DNA of 63,448 bases, the filler included, from Nemertoderma westbladi (taxonomy: Eukaryota > Animalia > Xenacoelomorpha), in assembly GCA_032718475.1 (NCBI GenBank). It is 3 parts of 3 records of this genome, joined end to end, with 100 filler letters (N's around TTAATTAATTAA, not from the genome) between each part and the next. Parts side by side here need not be neighbours in the genome. Positions count along the whole stretch, not along the records: positions 1 to 31,394 come from JAUCBJ010002751.1; 2 more parts are not named here. The stretch is one strand, 5' to 3'. A program made the translations under genes and the position numbers. The notes under the pieces are model-generated. The model saw only the letters and a program-made list of their open reading frames with translations, was not told where the DNA came from and did no database searches. Positions within the stretch are counted from its first letter, which is position 1. Each line of letters starts with the position of its first letter. Positions 1-12,300 of the stretch are shown one piece after another.

Positions 1-1265
1 GTTTTGATAATGACGCGGCTGCGAGTTTGTGGTGTTGATGTAAATGGGTTGTTTGATCGGGGAGTGGCGTCCCGTTCCGAGTCCTTTTCAGGCTCGTACT
101 TGGGTACACTCGCTGTCGTGGTGTTGGATGGGAAATAGGGTTCCTCATTCTTTAACGTAGCCGGTGGGGGATGGAACACCGGGGCTTGTGCCGATAGCGT
201 AGACTGTTTGGTGGGCGGGATCTCGGGTTTCGGAGGCTTCGCCGCTGTCGGTGTAAATGACTTTTCTAACTCCGGTACCGGAATTGGTTCATATTCCTGA
301 TCTATATCCCTTTCCCAGTCCTCGTAGAGTTGAATATCTCGTTCTATAAGTGCGGCTTCGTATTCTGCGAGTTTTGCGATATCCGCATTCTTTTTGTGGA
401 TGAGAATTGCTTGGGCCTCGGCGTGTTGTTTACGCATTTCCGCTTCCCATTTACGTTGTTCGATCTCTCGTTCGGCCTCTCGTCCGCGTTGTTCGGCCTC
501 CTGTCTGCGTTGTTCGGCCTCTAGTCTATGTTGTTCGGCCTGTCGTTCGGCCTCTAGTCTATGTTGTTCGGCCTCCTGTTCGCGTTGTTCGGCCTGCCGT
601 TCGGCCGCTTGTTCGGCCTCTCGCTTTTGTGTCTCGGCGGCTAATACATCTTGCTCGGCTTGCAGTTGAATATACTCATCTTCCATCCGAGCTTTGAGGG
701 CTAATGCCTTCCGTTCTCGCAGTTGGTCTCGGAGTGGCGGCGCCCCTTGAGAACTGCGCGCTGAGCCGGATATTTCGCTCCTAGCGCTGGAGTGCTGATC
801 TCTAACGGACCCCGTTCTCTTTCGATGTACTGCTGTCCTGATGCTGGAGGATCGTACCGATTCCGCGTCTGTTCTTTCGGCCCTCTTGTAATACTGTTCC
901 TCATAGCCTCTCACAAGGCTGAGGGTCCTCCGGTGTTGTTTGCGGAACCCATCTAGATGTACAACGTGTTCTTCCAACTTGGGGTAGTTTTCCAGATCGG
1001 TGGGGGGAACGAGCTCTTGGTACGCCTGTATCATTCTTTCGTACCGCTGTAGGATATTTCGGATACTTTGAAGCTGAGTTTGTACCTCATTGAGGGGGGT
1101 TTTGACTCCCTTGAGTTGTTTCTCCATCCGTTGATACGCTCGGGTTACTCCGCCTTCAAGAGCCCCTAACCGACGGGTCATGTTCTTGACGTTTGGTACC
1201 TCGTCGGCTTCCGAGTCTGTGTGGTGATCCATCTCGTCGGTATCGGATACGTTATTTGTGGTCAT
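1..1265 (-). CDS. Gag-like ORF N-terminus (~420 aa, runs off the left edge) of an LTR retrotransposon, probably BEL/Pao
   Basis: Open frame from ATG at 1265 (MTTNNVSDTDEMDHH...). It has a helical N-terminus, a Ser/Arg-rich tract (SVRSSSIR...SSARSEISGSARSS), a long EAEQ/EAER coiled coil and a Pro/Thr-rich linker. This layout is typical of BEL/Pao gag N-termini. It is absent from the ORF track because no stop is reached in the window. Confidence 0.7.
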   Translation of the reverse strand, partial: MTTNNVSDTDEMDHHTDSEADEVPNVKNMTRRLGALEGGVTRAYQRMEKQLKGVKTPLNEVQTQLQSIRNILQRYERMIQAYQELVPPTDLENYPKLEEHVVHLDGFRKQHRRTLSLVRGYEEQYYKRAERTDAESVRSSSIRTAVHRKRTGSVRDQHSSARSEISGSARSSQGAPPLRDQLRERKALALKARMEDEYIQLQAEQDVLAAETQKREAEQAAERQAEQREQEAEQHRLEAERQAEQHRLEAEQRRQEAEQRGREAEREIEQRKWEAEMRKQHAEAQAILIHKKNADIAKLAEYEAALIERDIQLYEDWERDIDQEYEPIPVPELEKSFTPTAAKPPKPEIPPTKQSTLSAQAPVFHPPPATLKNEEPYFPSNTTTASVPKYEPEKDSERDATPRSNNPFTSTPQTRSRVIIK

Positions 1266-1453
1266 TGTAACGCCTCGTCGATGGCGAGATACGCGATGTC
1301 GTAAAACAGTTCTTCGTAGGTATTGTACTCAGCTTGGACCACCCGAACAGTAATCCTGAATCGTCCAACGTTCGTTCCTTGTACCTCAACTTCGACGTGC
1401 CAGATTCCTGGCTCAACTTGAATTATATCAATGGGTGTGATCGATACTTCCAT
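1262..1453 (-). CDS. 63-aa ORF upstream of the gag-like ORF, function unknown
   Basis: ATG start, protein-like composition (alternating beta-strand pattern followed by an amphipathic helix). Its TGA overlaps the gag ATG (ATGA at 1265-1262). Confidence 0.45.
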   Translation of the reverse strand: MEVSITPIDIIQVEPGIWHVEVEVQGTNVGRFRITVRVVQAEYNTYEELFYDIAYLAIDEALQ

Positions 1454-2142
1454 TCCCTGTTAACAACTCTCCCGAATTGTGATCTGCCGACTACGAGTTG
1501 GTTAGATCGAGTTTGTTGTTTAATTAAACCACGACTTTGTCTCAACTCAAATACCAGAGTTTCCTCGTAGTGGGTGCTGGCAAGCACGTAGAGAGTTTTT
1601 GAAGAGTATTGAAGGATTCTCAACTTCCACCAGTTGAAGTTGACCGTAATTATCCTTAATTTTGACACCGTGTCAAAATTAACCGCATTAATTATTCTTA
1701 ATTTTGACACCCGTTCAAAATTAACCATATAATTATTCTTAATTTTGTTGCCGTTATTCCTACACCAGGGGGAAAAACGCCGATGCTGGAGACGTGACTT
1801 AACAGACCACCGAGCCCCGGCCAGTCACCGGATATTGATTGTGGGGAGGGAATATTTCTAAGATGCAAGTTTGCGGTTGAGAAAAGCTGCATTAGTTGGA
1901 TATACTCTTTAATGTAACTTCCTATAGTTGAAAACCTGTTGAAACCTGATTAAGAATAATTTTGGGCTTCCCCAAATCAATATACACCAAATATTCACAA
2001 TAAGTATACACGATAATATAAATCCCTACGGTATATTATTTAATAACCCGCTGTTCGCTCAGAATTTTAGCCTACCTAATGTTCCCCAGATTTTCCCTCA
2101 GTCCCAGTCTTAGTGCCGTAGTGTCGGTGTCGGTCGACCCTG

Positions 2143-3041
2143 TCGCGTGTCCGTTCCACCCCTCACGAACCCCGAAGGGAACGATCATCGAGAACCAGCA
2201 CGGCTTGGCTAAGGGTCGGTCCAGTCGGTAGACTCTGTCGCGTATCCGTACCACCCCTCTCGAACCCCGAAGGGTTCGGTCATCGAGAACCAGTACGGCT
2301 TGGCTAGGAGTCTGTCGTGTCGGTGGACCCGTTCGCGTGTCCGTTCCACCCCTCACGAACCCCGAAGGGTTCGATCATCGAGAACCAGAACGGCTTGGCT
2401 AGGGGTCCGTCAGTTCATCACAGAAACCCAACCACCTAGGCTTTCCGAGTCCTTTTCAGGCTCGTAGTCGCTTCGGCAGCCGAGAAACTGCTCCGAACAG
2501 TCGGTAGGCCAGTAGAGTCTAGTCGAGTCTAGTCCTTTGTCTTTCGACCCCATCGCGTGTCCGTTCCACCCCTCACGAACCCCGAAGGGAACGATCATCG
2601 AGAACCAGAACGGCTTGGCTAAGGGGTCTGTCGTCGGTTCCCGTCGCGAATCACAGTCAAGCAGTCAGCGTTCCGAGTCCTTTTCAGGCTCGTAGTAGCC
2701 GCAGTTGACCCGAGACCGCTAAGGGCAGTCCTTGTCAAACCAGTCCTGTGGCCAGCCCTTTCGCATGTCCGTCCCACCCCTCACGAACCCCGAAGGGATC
2801 GGTCATCGAGAACCAGTACGGCTTAGGTCAGGGGGCAGTCTTAAGTTGGCCACCTGTTCGCGTGTCCGCTCCACCCCTCACGAACCCCGGGGTTCGATCA
2901 TCGAGACCCAGAACGGCTTGGCTACTAAGGGGCCGTCGGTGCCCGTCGCAAATCCCTGACACAAGCAGTCAGCGTTCCGAGTCCTTTTCAGGCTCGTAGT
3001 AGCTGCCGTTGGCCAGGGACCGCTAAGGGCAGTCCTTGTCC
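2143..3041 (-). repeat. Repeats in the LTR/leader: six ~70-bp hairpin units plus three copies of a second ~25-bp hairpin
   Basis: CCCCTCACGAACCCCGAAGGG..CGATCATCGAG cores start at ~2159, 2254, 2349, 2569, 2777 and 2874. TTCCGAGTCCTTTTCAGGCTCGTA starts at ~2443, 2671 and 2975. Confidence 0.9.
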
Positions 3042-3341
3042 TTTAGGCCTGGCGCATTACCAAATCCACCCCTACAGGCAGCAGGAAGTTGGCCAGGGCC
3101 TAATAGTACTCAGGCTAACCTGAATACTGCTTGCATTTTCCATCCCCCCTGGCCCTTATAACTATGAAATTATTCCCGTACCCTGTAAGTTGCCCCAAAG
3201 TTCGCCCATAAATCGCCCCCAGTTTATTGAATGTGCCCAAAACCCATGGTCCCGCACCCAGTAGTAATATCGGAATAATCAATTTTAATAAAATACAAAA
3301 ATATTCAACTCGCGTTATGGAAAGTTGAAATACCGCGAACA

Positions 3342-6300
3342 GTATCTACCTACCCAATGTTGGATCAATGATACTCCCAACTAAAATCTTTCTATTCTAA
3401 CACATTATTGTATCTACCTACCCAATGTTGGATCAATGATACTCCCAACTAAATATTTATCTATTCTAACACATTATTGTATCTACCCACCCAATGTTGG
3501 ATCAATGATACTCCCAACTAAAATACTTCTATTCTAACACATTATTGTATCTACCTACCCAATGTTGGATCAATGATACTCCCAACTAAAATCTTTCTAT
3601 TCTAACACATTATTGTATCTACCTACCCAATGTTGGATCAATGATACTCCCAACTAAATATTTATCTATTCTAACACATTATTGTATCTACCTACCCAAT
3701 GTTGGATCAATGATACTCCCAACTAAATATTTATCTATTCTAACACATTATTGTATCTACCTACCCAATGTTGGATCAATGATACTCCCAACTAAATATT
3801 TATCTATTCTAACACATTATTGTATCTACCTACCCAATGTTGGATCAATGATACTCCCAACTAAATATTTATCTATTCTAACACATTATTGTATCTACCT
3901 ACCCAATGTTGGATCAATGATACTCCCAACTAAATATTTATCTATTCTAACACATTATTGTATCTACCTACCCAATGTTGGATCAATGATACTCCCAACT
4001 AAATATTTATCTATTCTAACACATTATTGTATCTACCTACCCAATGTTGGATCAATGATACTCCCAACTAAATATTTATCTATTCTAACACATTATTGTA
4101 TCTACCTACCCAATGTTGGATCAATGATACTCCCAACTAAAATCGTTCTATTCTAACACATTATTGTATCTACCCACCCAATGTTGGATCAATGATACTC
4201 CCAACTAAAATACTTCTATTCTAACACATTATTGTATCTACCTACCCAATGTTGGATCAATGATACTCCCAACTAAAATCTTTCTATTCTAACACATTAT
4301 TGTATCTACCTACCCAATGTTGGATCAATGATACTCCCAACTAAATATTTATCTATTCTAACACATTATTGTATCTACCTACCCAATGTTGGATCAATGA
4401 TACTCCCAACTAAATATTTATCTATTCTAACACATTATTGTATCTACCTACCCAATGTTGGATCAATGATACTCCCAACTAAATATTTATCTATTCTAAC
4501 ACATTATTGTATCTACCCACCCAATGTTGGATCAATGATACTCCCAACTAAATATTTATCTATTCTAACACATTATTGTATCTACCTACCCAATGTTGGA
4601 TCAATGATACTCCCAACTAAATATTTATCTATTCTAACACATTATTGTATCTACCCACCCAATGTTGGATCAATGATACTCCCAACTAAATATTTATCTA
4701 TTCTAACACATTATTGTATCTACCTACCCAATGTTGGATCAATGATACTCCCAACTAAATATTTATCTATTCTAACACATTATTGTATCTACCCACCCAA
4801 TGTTGGATCAATGATACTCCCAACTAAAATACTTCTATTCTAACACATTATTGTATCTACCTACCCAATGTTGGATCAATGATACTCCCAACTAAAATCT
4901 TTCTATTCTAACACATTATTGTATCTACCTACCCAATGTTGGATCAATGATACTCCCAACTAAATATTTATCTATTCTAACACATTATTGTATCTACCTA
5001 CCCAATGTTGGATCAATGATACTCCCAACTAAATATTTATCTATTCTAACACATTATTGTATCTACCTACCCAATGTTGGATCAATGATACTCCCAACTA
5101 AATATTTATCTATTCTAACACATTATTGTATCTACCTACCCAATGTTGGATCAATGATACTCCCAACTAAAATACTTCTATTCTAACACATTATTGTATC
5201 TACCTACCCAATGTTGGATCAATGATACTCCCAACTAAAATCTTTCTATTCTAACACATTATTGTATCTACCTACCCAATGTTGGATCAATGATACTCCC
5301 AACTAAAATACTTCTATTCTAACACATTATTGTATCTACCTACCCAATGTTGGATCAATGATACTCCCAACTAAATATTTATCTATTCTAACACATTATT
5401 GTATCTACCTACCCAATGTTGGATCAATGATACTCCCAACTAAATACTTTCTATTCTAACACATTATTGTATCTACCTACCCAATGTTGGATCAATGATA
5501 CTCCCAACTAAATATTTATCTATTCTAACACATTATTGTATCTACCTACCCAATGTTGGATCAATGATACTCCCAACTAAAATACTTCTATTCTAACACA
5601 TTATTGTATCTACCTACCCAATGTTGGATCAATGATACTCCCAACTAAAATCTTTCTATTCTAACACATTATTGTATCTACCTACCCAATGTTGGATCAA
5701 TGATACTCCCAACTAAATATTTATCTATTCTAACACATTATTGTATCTACCTACCCAATGTTGGATCAATGATACTCCCAACTAAAATACTTCTATTCTA
5801 ACACATTATTGTATCTACCTACCCAATGTTGGATCAATGATACTCCCAACTAAAATCTTTCTATTCTAACACATTATTGTATCTACCTACCCAATGTTGG
5901 ATCAATGATACTCCCAACTAAAATACTTCTATTCTAACACATTATTGTATCTACCTACCCAATGTTGGATCAATGATACTCCCAACTAAATATTTATCTA
6001 TTCTAACACATTATTGTATCTACCTACCCAATGTTGGATCAATGATACTCCCAACTAAAATACTTCTATTCTAACACATTATTGTATCTACCTACCCAAT
6101 GTTGGATCAATGATACTCCCAACTAAAATACTTCTATTCTAACACATTATTGTATCTACCTACCCAATGTTGGATCAATGATACTCCCAACTAAATATTT
6201 ATCTATTCTAACACATTATTGTATCTACCTACCCAATGTTGGATCAATGATACTCCCAACTAAAATCTTTCTATTCTAACACATTATTGTATCTACCTAC

Positions 6301-9300
6301 CCAATGTTGGATCAATGATACTCCCAACTAAATATTTATCTATTCTAACACATTATTGTATCTACCTACCCAATGTTGGATCAATGATACTCCCAACTAA
6401 AATCTTTCTATTCTAACACATTATTGTATCTACCTACCCAATGTTGGATCAATGATACTCCCAACTAAAATACTTTCTATTCTAACACATTATTGTATCT
6501 ACCTACCCAATGTTGGATCAATGATACTCCCAACTAAATATTTATCTATTCTAACACATTATTGTATCTACCTACCCAATGTTGGATCAATGATACTCCC
6601 AACTAAATATCTTATCTATTCTAACACATTATTGTATCTACCTACCCAATGTTGGATCAATGATACTCCCAACTAAAATACTTTCTATTCTAACACATTA
6701 TTGTATCTACCTACCCAATGTTGGATCAATGATACTCCCAACTAAATATTTATCTATTCTAACACATTATTGTATCTACCTACCCAATGTTGGATCAATG
6801 ATACTCCCAACTAAAATACTTCTATTCTAACACATTATTGTATCTACCTACCCAATGTTGGATCAATGATACTCCCAACTAAATATTTATCTATTCTAAC
6901 ACATTATTGTATCTACCTACCCAATGTTGGATCAATGATACTCCCAACTAAAATACTTTCTATTCTAACACATTATTGTATCTACCTACCCAATGTTGGA
7001 TCAATGATACTCCCAACTAAAATCTTCTATTCTAACACATTATTGTATCTACCTACCCAATGTTGGATCAATGATACTCCCAACTAAATATTTATCTATT
7101 CTAACACATTATTGTATCTACCTACCCAATGTTGGATCAATGATACTCCCAACTAAAATCTTTCTATTCTAACACATTATTGTATCTACCTACCCAATGT
7201 TGGATCAATGATACTCCCAACTAAATATTTATCTATTCTAACACATTATTGTATCTACCTACCCAATGTTGGATCAATGATACTCCCAACTAAAATCTTT
7301 CTATTCTAACACATTATTGTATCTACCTACCCAATGTTGGATCAATGATACTCCCAACTAAAATACTTCTATTCTAACACATTATTGTATCTACCTACCC
7401 AATGTTGGATCAATGATACTCCCAACTAAATATTTATCTATTCTAACACATTATTGTATCTACCTACCCAATGTTGGATCAATGATACTCCCAACTAAAT
7501 ATCTTCTATTCTAACACATTATTGTATCTACCTACCCAATGTTGGATCAATGATACTCCCAACTAAAATCTTTCTATTCTAACACATTATTGTATCTACC
7601 TACCCAATGTTGGATCAATGATACTCCCAACTAAAATCTTTCTATTCTAACACATTATTGTATCTACCTACCCAATGTTGGATCAATGATACTCCCAACT
7701 AAAATCTTTCTATTCTAACACATTATTGTATCTACCTACCCAATGTTGGATCAATGATACTCCCAACTAAAATCTTTCTATTCTAACACATTATTGTATC
7801 TACCTACCCAATGTTGGATCAATGATACTCCCAACTAAAATACTTCTATTCTAACACATTATTGTATCTACCTACCCAATGTTGGATCAATGATACTCCC
7901 AACTAAATATTTATCTATTCTAACACATTATTGTATCTACCTACCCAATGTTGGATCAATGATACTCCCAACTAAATATTTATCTATTCTAACACATTAT
8001 TGTATCTACCTACCCAATGTTGGATCAATGATACTCCCAACTAAATATTTATCTATTCTAACACATTATTGTATCTACCTACCCAATGTTGGATCAATGA
8101 TACTCCCAACTAAATACTTTCTATTCTAACACATTATTGTATCTACCTACCCAATGTTGGATCAATGATACTCCCAACTAAAATCTTTCTATTCTAACAC
8201 ATTATTGTATCTACCTACCCAATGTTGGATCAATGATACTCCCAACTAAATATTTATCTATTCTAACACATTATTGTATCTACCTACCCAATGTTGGATC
8301 AATGATACTCCCAACTAAATATTTATCTATTCTAACACATTATTGTATCTACCTACCCAATGTTGGATCAATGATACTCCCAACTAAATATTCTATCTAT
8401 TCTAACACATTATTGTATCTACCTACCCAATGTTGGATCAATGATACTCCCAACTAAAATCTTTCTATTCTAACACATTATTGTATCTACCTACCCAATG
8501 TTGGATCAATGATACTCCCAACTAAATATTTATCTATTCTAACACATTATTGTATCTACCTACCCAATGTTGGATCAATGATACTCCCAACTAAATATTT
8601 ATCTATTCTAACACATTATTGTATCTACCTACCCAATGTTGGATCAATGATACTCCCAACTAAAATACTTATCTATTCTAACACATTATTGTATCTACCT
8701 ACCCAATGTTGGATCAATGATACTCCCAACTAAATATTTATCTATTCTAACACATTATTGTATCTACCTACCCAATGTTGGATCAATGATACTCCCAACT
8801 AAAATTCTTCTATTCTAACACATTATTGTATCTACCTACCCAATGTTGGATCAATGATACTCCCAACTAAATATTTATCTATTCTAACACATTATTGTAT
8901 CTACCTACCCAATGTTGGATCAATGATACTCCCAACTAAAATCTTTCTATTCTAACACATTATTGTATCTACCTACCCAATGTTGGATCAATGATACTCC
9001 CAACTAAATATTTATCTATTCTAACACATTATTGTATCTACCTACCCAATGTTGGATCAATGATACTCCCAACTAAATATTTATCTATTCTAACACATTA
9101 TTGTATCTACCTACCCAATGTTGGATCAATGATACTCCCAACTAAAATATCTTCTATTCTAACACATTATTGTATCTACCTACCCAATGTTGGATCAATG
9201 ATACTCCCAACTAAAATCTTTCTATTCTAACACATTATTGTATCTACCTACCCAATGTTGGATCAATGATACTCCCAACTAAATATTTATCTATTCTAAC

Positions 9301-12300
9301 ACATTATTGTATCTACCTACCCAATGTTGGATCAATGATACTCCCAACTAAAATACTTTCTATTCTAACACATTATTGTATCTACCTACCCAATGTTGGA
9401 TCAATGATACTCCCAACTAAAATCTTTCTATTCTAACACATTATTGTATCTACCTACCCAATGTTGGATCAATGATACTCCCAACTAAATATTTATCTAT
9501 TCTAACACATTATTGTATCTACCTACCCAATGTTGGATCAATGATACTCCCAACTAAAATACTTACTATTCTAACACATTATTGTATCTACCTACCCAAT
9601 GTTGGATCAATGATACTCCCAACTAAATATTTATCTATTCTAACACATTATTGTATCTACCTACCCAATGTTGGATCAATGATACTCCCAACTAAAATAC
9701 TTCTATTCTAACACATTATTGTATCTACCTACCCAATGTTGGATCAATGATACTCCCAACTAAATATTTATCTATTCTAACACATTATTGTATCTACCTA
9801 CCCAATGTTGGATCAATGATACTCCCAACTAAAATCTTTCTATTCTAACACATTATTGTATCTACCTACCCAATGTTGGATCAATGATACTCCCAACTAA
9901 ATATTTATCTATTCTAACACATTATTGTATCTACCTACCCAATGTTGGATCAATGATACTCCCAACTAAATATTTATCTATTCTAACACATTATTGTATC
10001 TACCTACCCAATGTTGGATCAATGATACTCCCAACTAAAATACTTCTATTCTAACACATTATTGTATCTACCTACCCAATGTTGGATCAATGATACTCCC
10101 AACTAAAATCTTTCTATTCTAACACATTATTGTATCTACCTACCCAATGTTGGATCAATGATACTCCCAACTAAATATTTATCTATTCTAACACATTATT
10201 GTATCTACCTACCCAATGTTGGATCAATGATACTCCCAACTAAATATTTATCTATTCTAACACATTATTGTATCTACCTACCCAATGTTGGATCAATGAT
10301 ACTCCCAACTAAAATACTTACTATTCTAACACATTATTGTATCTACCTACCCAATGTTGGATCAATGATACTCCCAACTAAATATTTATCTATTCTAACA
10401 CATTATTGTATCTACCTACCCAATGTTGGATCAATGATACTCCCAACTAAAATACTTCTATTCTAACACATTATTGTATCTACCTACCCAATGTTGGATC
10501 AATGATACTCCCAACTAAATATTTATCTATTCTAACACATTATTGTATCTACCTACCCAATGTTGGATCAATGATACTCCCAACTAAAATCTTTCTATTC
10601 TAACACATTATTGTATCTACCTACCCAATGTTGGATCAATGATACTCCCAACTAAATATTTATCTATTCTAACACATTATTGTATCTACCCACCCAATGT
10701 TGGATCAATGATACTCCCAACTAAAATCTTTCTATTCTAACACATTATTGTATCTACCTACCCAATGTTGGATCAATGATACTCCCAACTAAATATTTAT
10801 CTATTCTAACACATTATTGTATCTACCTACCCAATGTTGGATCAATGATACTCCCAACTAAAATACTTCTATTCTAACACATTATTGTATCTACCTACCC
10901 AATGTTGGATCAATGATACTCCCAACTAAAATACTTCTATTCTAACACATTATTGTATCTACCTACCCAATGTTGGATCAATGATACTCCCAACTAAAAT
11001 ACTTCTATTCTAACACATTATTGTATCTACCTACCCAATGTTGGATCAATGATACTCCCAACTAAAATCTTTCTATTCTAACACATTATTGTATCTACCT
11101 ACCCAATGTTGGATCAATGATACTCCCAACTAAAATCTTTCTATTCTAACACATTATTGTATCTACCTACCCAATGTTGGATCAATGATACTCCCAACTA
11201 AAATACTTCTATTCTAACACATTATTGTATCTACCTACCCAATGTTGGATCAATGATACTCCCAACTAAAATCTTTCTATTCTAACACATTATTGTATCT
11301 ACCTACCCAATGTTGGATCAATGATACTCCCAACTAAAATACTTCTATTCTAACACATTATTGTATCTACCTACCCAATGTTGGATCAATGATACTCCCA
11401 ACTAAAATACTTCTATTCTAACACATTATTGTATCTACCTACCCAATGTTGGATCAATGATACTCCCAACTAAAATCTTTCTATTCTAACACATTATTGT
11501 ATCTACCTACCCAATGTTGGATCAATGATACTCCCAACTAAATATTTATCTATTCTAACACATTATTGTATCTACCTACCCAATGTTGGATCAATGATAC
11601 TCCCAACTAAATATTTATCTATTCTAACACATTATTGTATCTACCTACCCAATGTTGGATCAATGATACTCCCAACTAAAATCTTTCTATTCTAACACAT
11701 TATTGTATCTACCTACCCAATGTTGGATCAATGATACTCCCAACTAAATATTTATCTATTCTAACACATTATTGTATCTACCTACCCAATGTTGGATCAA
11801 TGATACTCCCAACTAAATATTTATCTATTCTAACACATTATTGTATCTACCTACCCAATGTTGGATCAATGATACTCCCAACTAAATATTTATCTATTCT
11901 AACACATTATTGTATCTACCTACCCAATGTTGGATCAATGATACTCCCAACTAAATATTTATCTATTCTAACACATTATTGTATCCACCTACCCAATGTT
12001 GGATCAATGATACTCCCAACTAAAATCTTTCTATTCTAACACATTATTGTATCTACCTACCCAATGTTGGATCAATGATACTCCCAACTAAATATTTATC
12101 TATTCTAACACATTATTGTATCTACCTACCCAATGTTGGATCAATGATACTCCCAACTAAATATTTATCTATTCTAACACATTATTGTATCCACCTACCC
12201 AATGTTGGATCAATGATACTCCCAACTAAAATCTTTCTATTCTAACACATTATTGTATCTACCTACCCAATGTTGGATCAATGATACTCCCAACTAAATA

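Larger units (their letters stand above)
1..3341 (-). mobile_element. 5' portion of an LTR retrotransposon inserted into the 69-bp satellite; candidate 5' LTR ~3341-1746
   Basis: The minus strand begins TGTTCGCG exactly at the satellite junction (3341). A candidate LTR end ...GGCAACA lies at 1746 and ATTAAA at ~1913-1908. TATA-like sites lie near 3160 and 2020. The gag-like ORF is downstream. The inner LTR boundary is uncertain and no canonical tRNA PBS was recognised. Confidence 0.65.

Noticed and set aside
330-904. Short ORFs listed at 330-904
   Set aside because: They are antisense or alternate-frame shadows of the gag-like ORF.
2143-2925. SECIS elements or C/D snoRNAs
   Set aside because: The AUGA/GA core is present, but the upper stem is only 7 bp with a UUCG loop and no apical AA, and there are no complete C and D boxes or guide region.
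3342-3420. Satellite as a spliced-leader RNA gene array (the classic CRE target)
   Set aside because: The unit is too short for an SL gene plus promoter, and there is no clear Sm site downstream of the donor-like GT.
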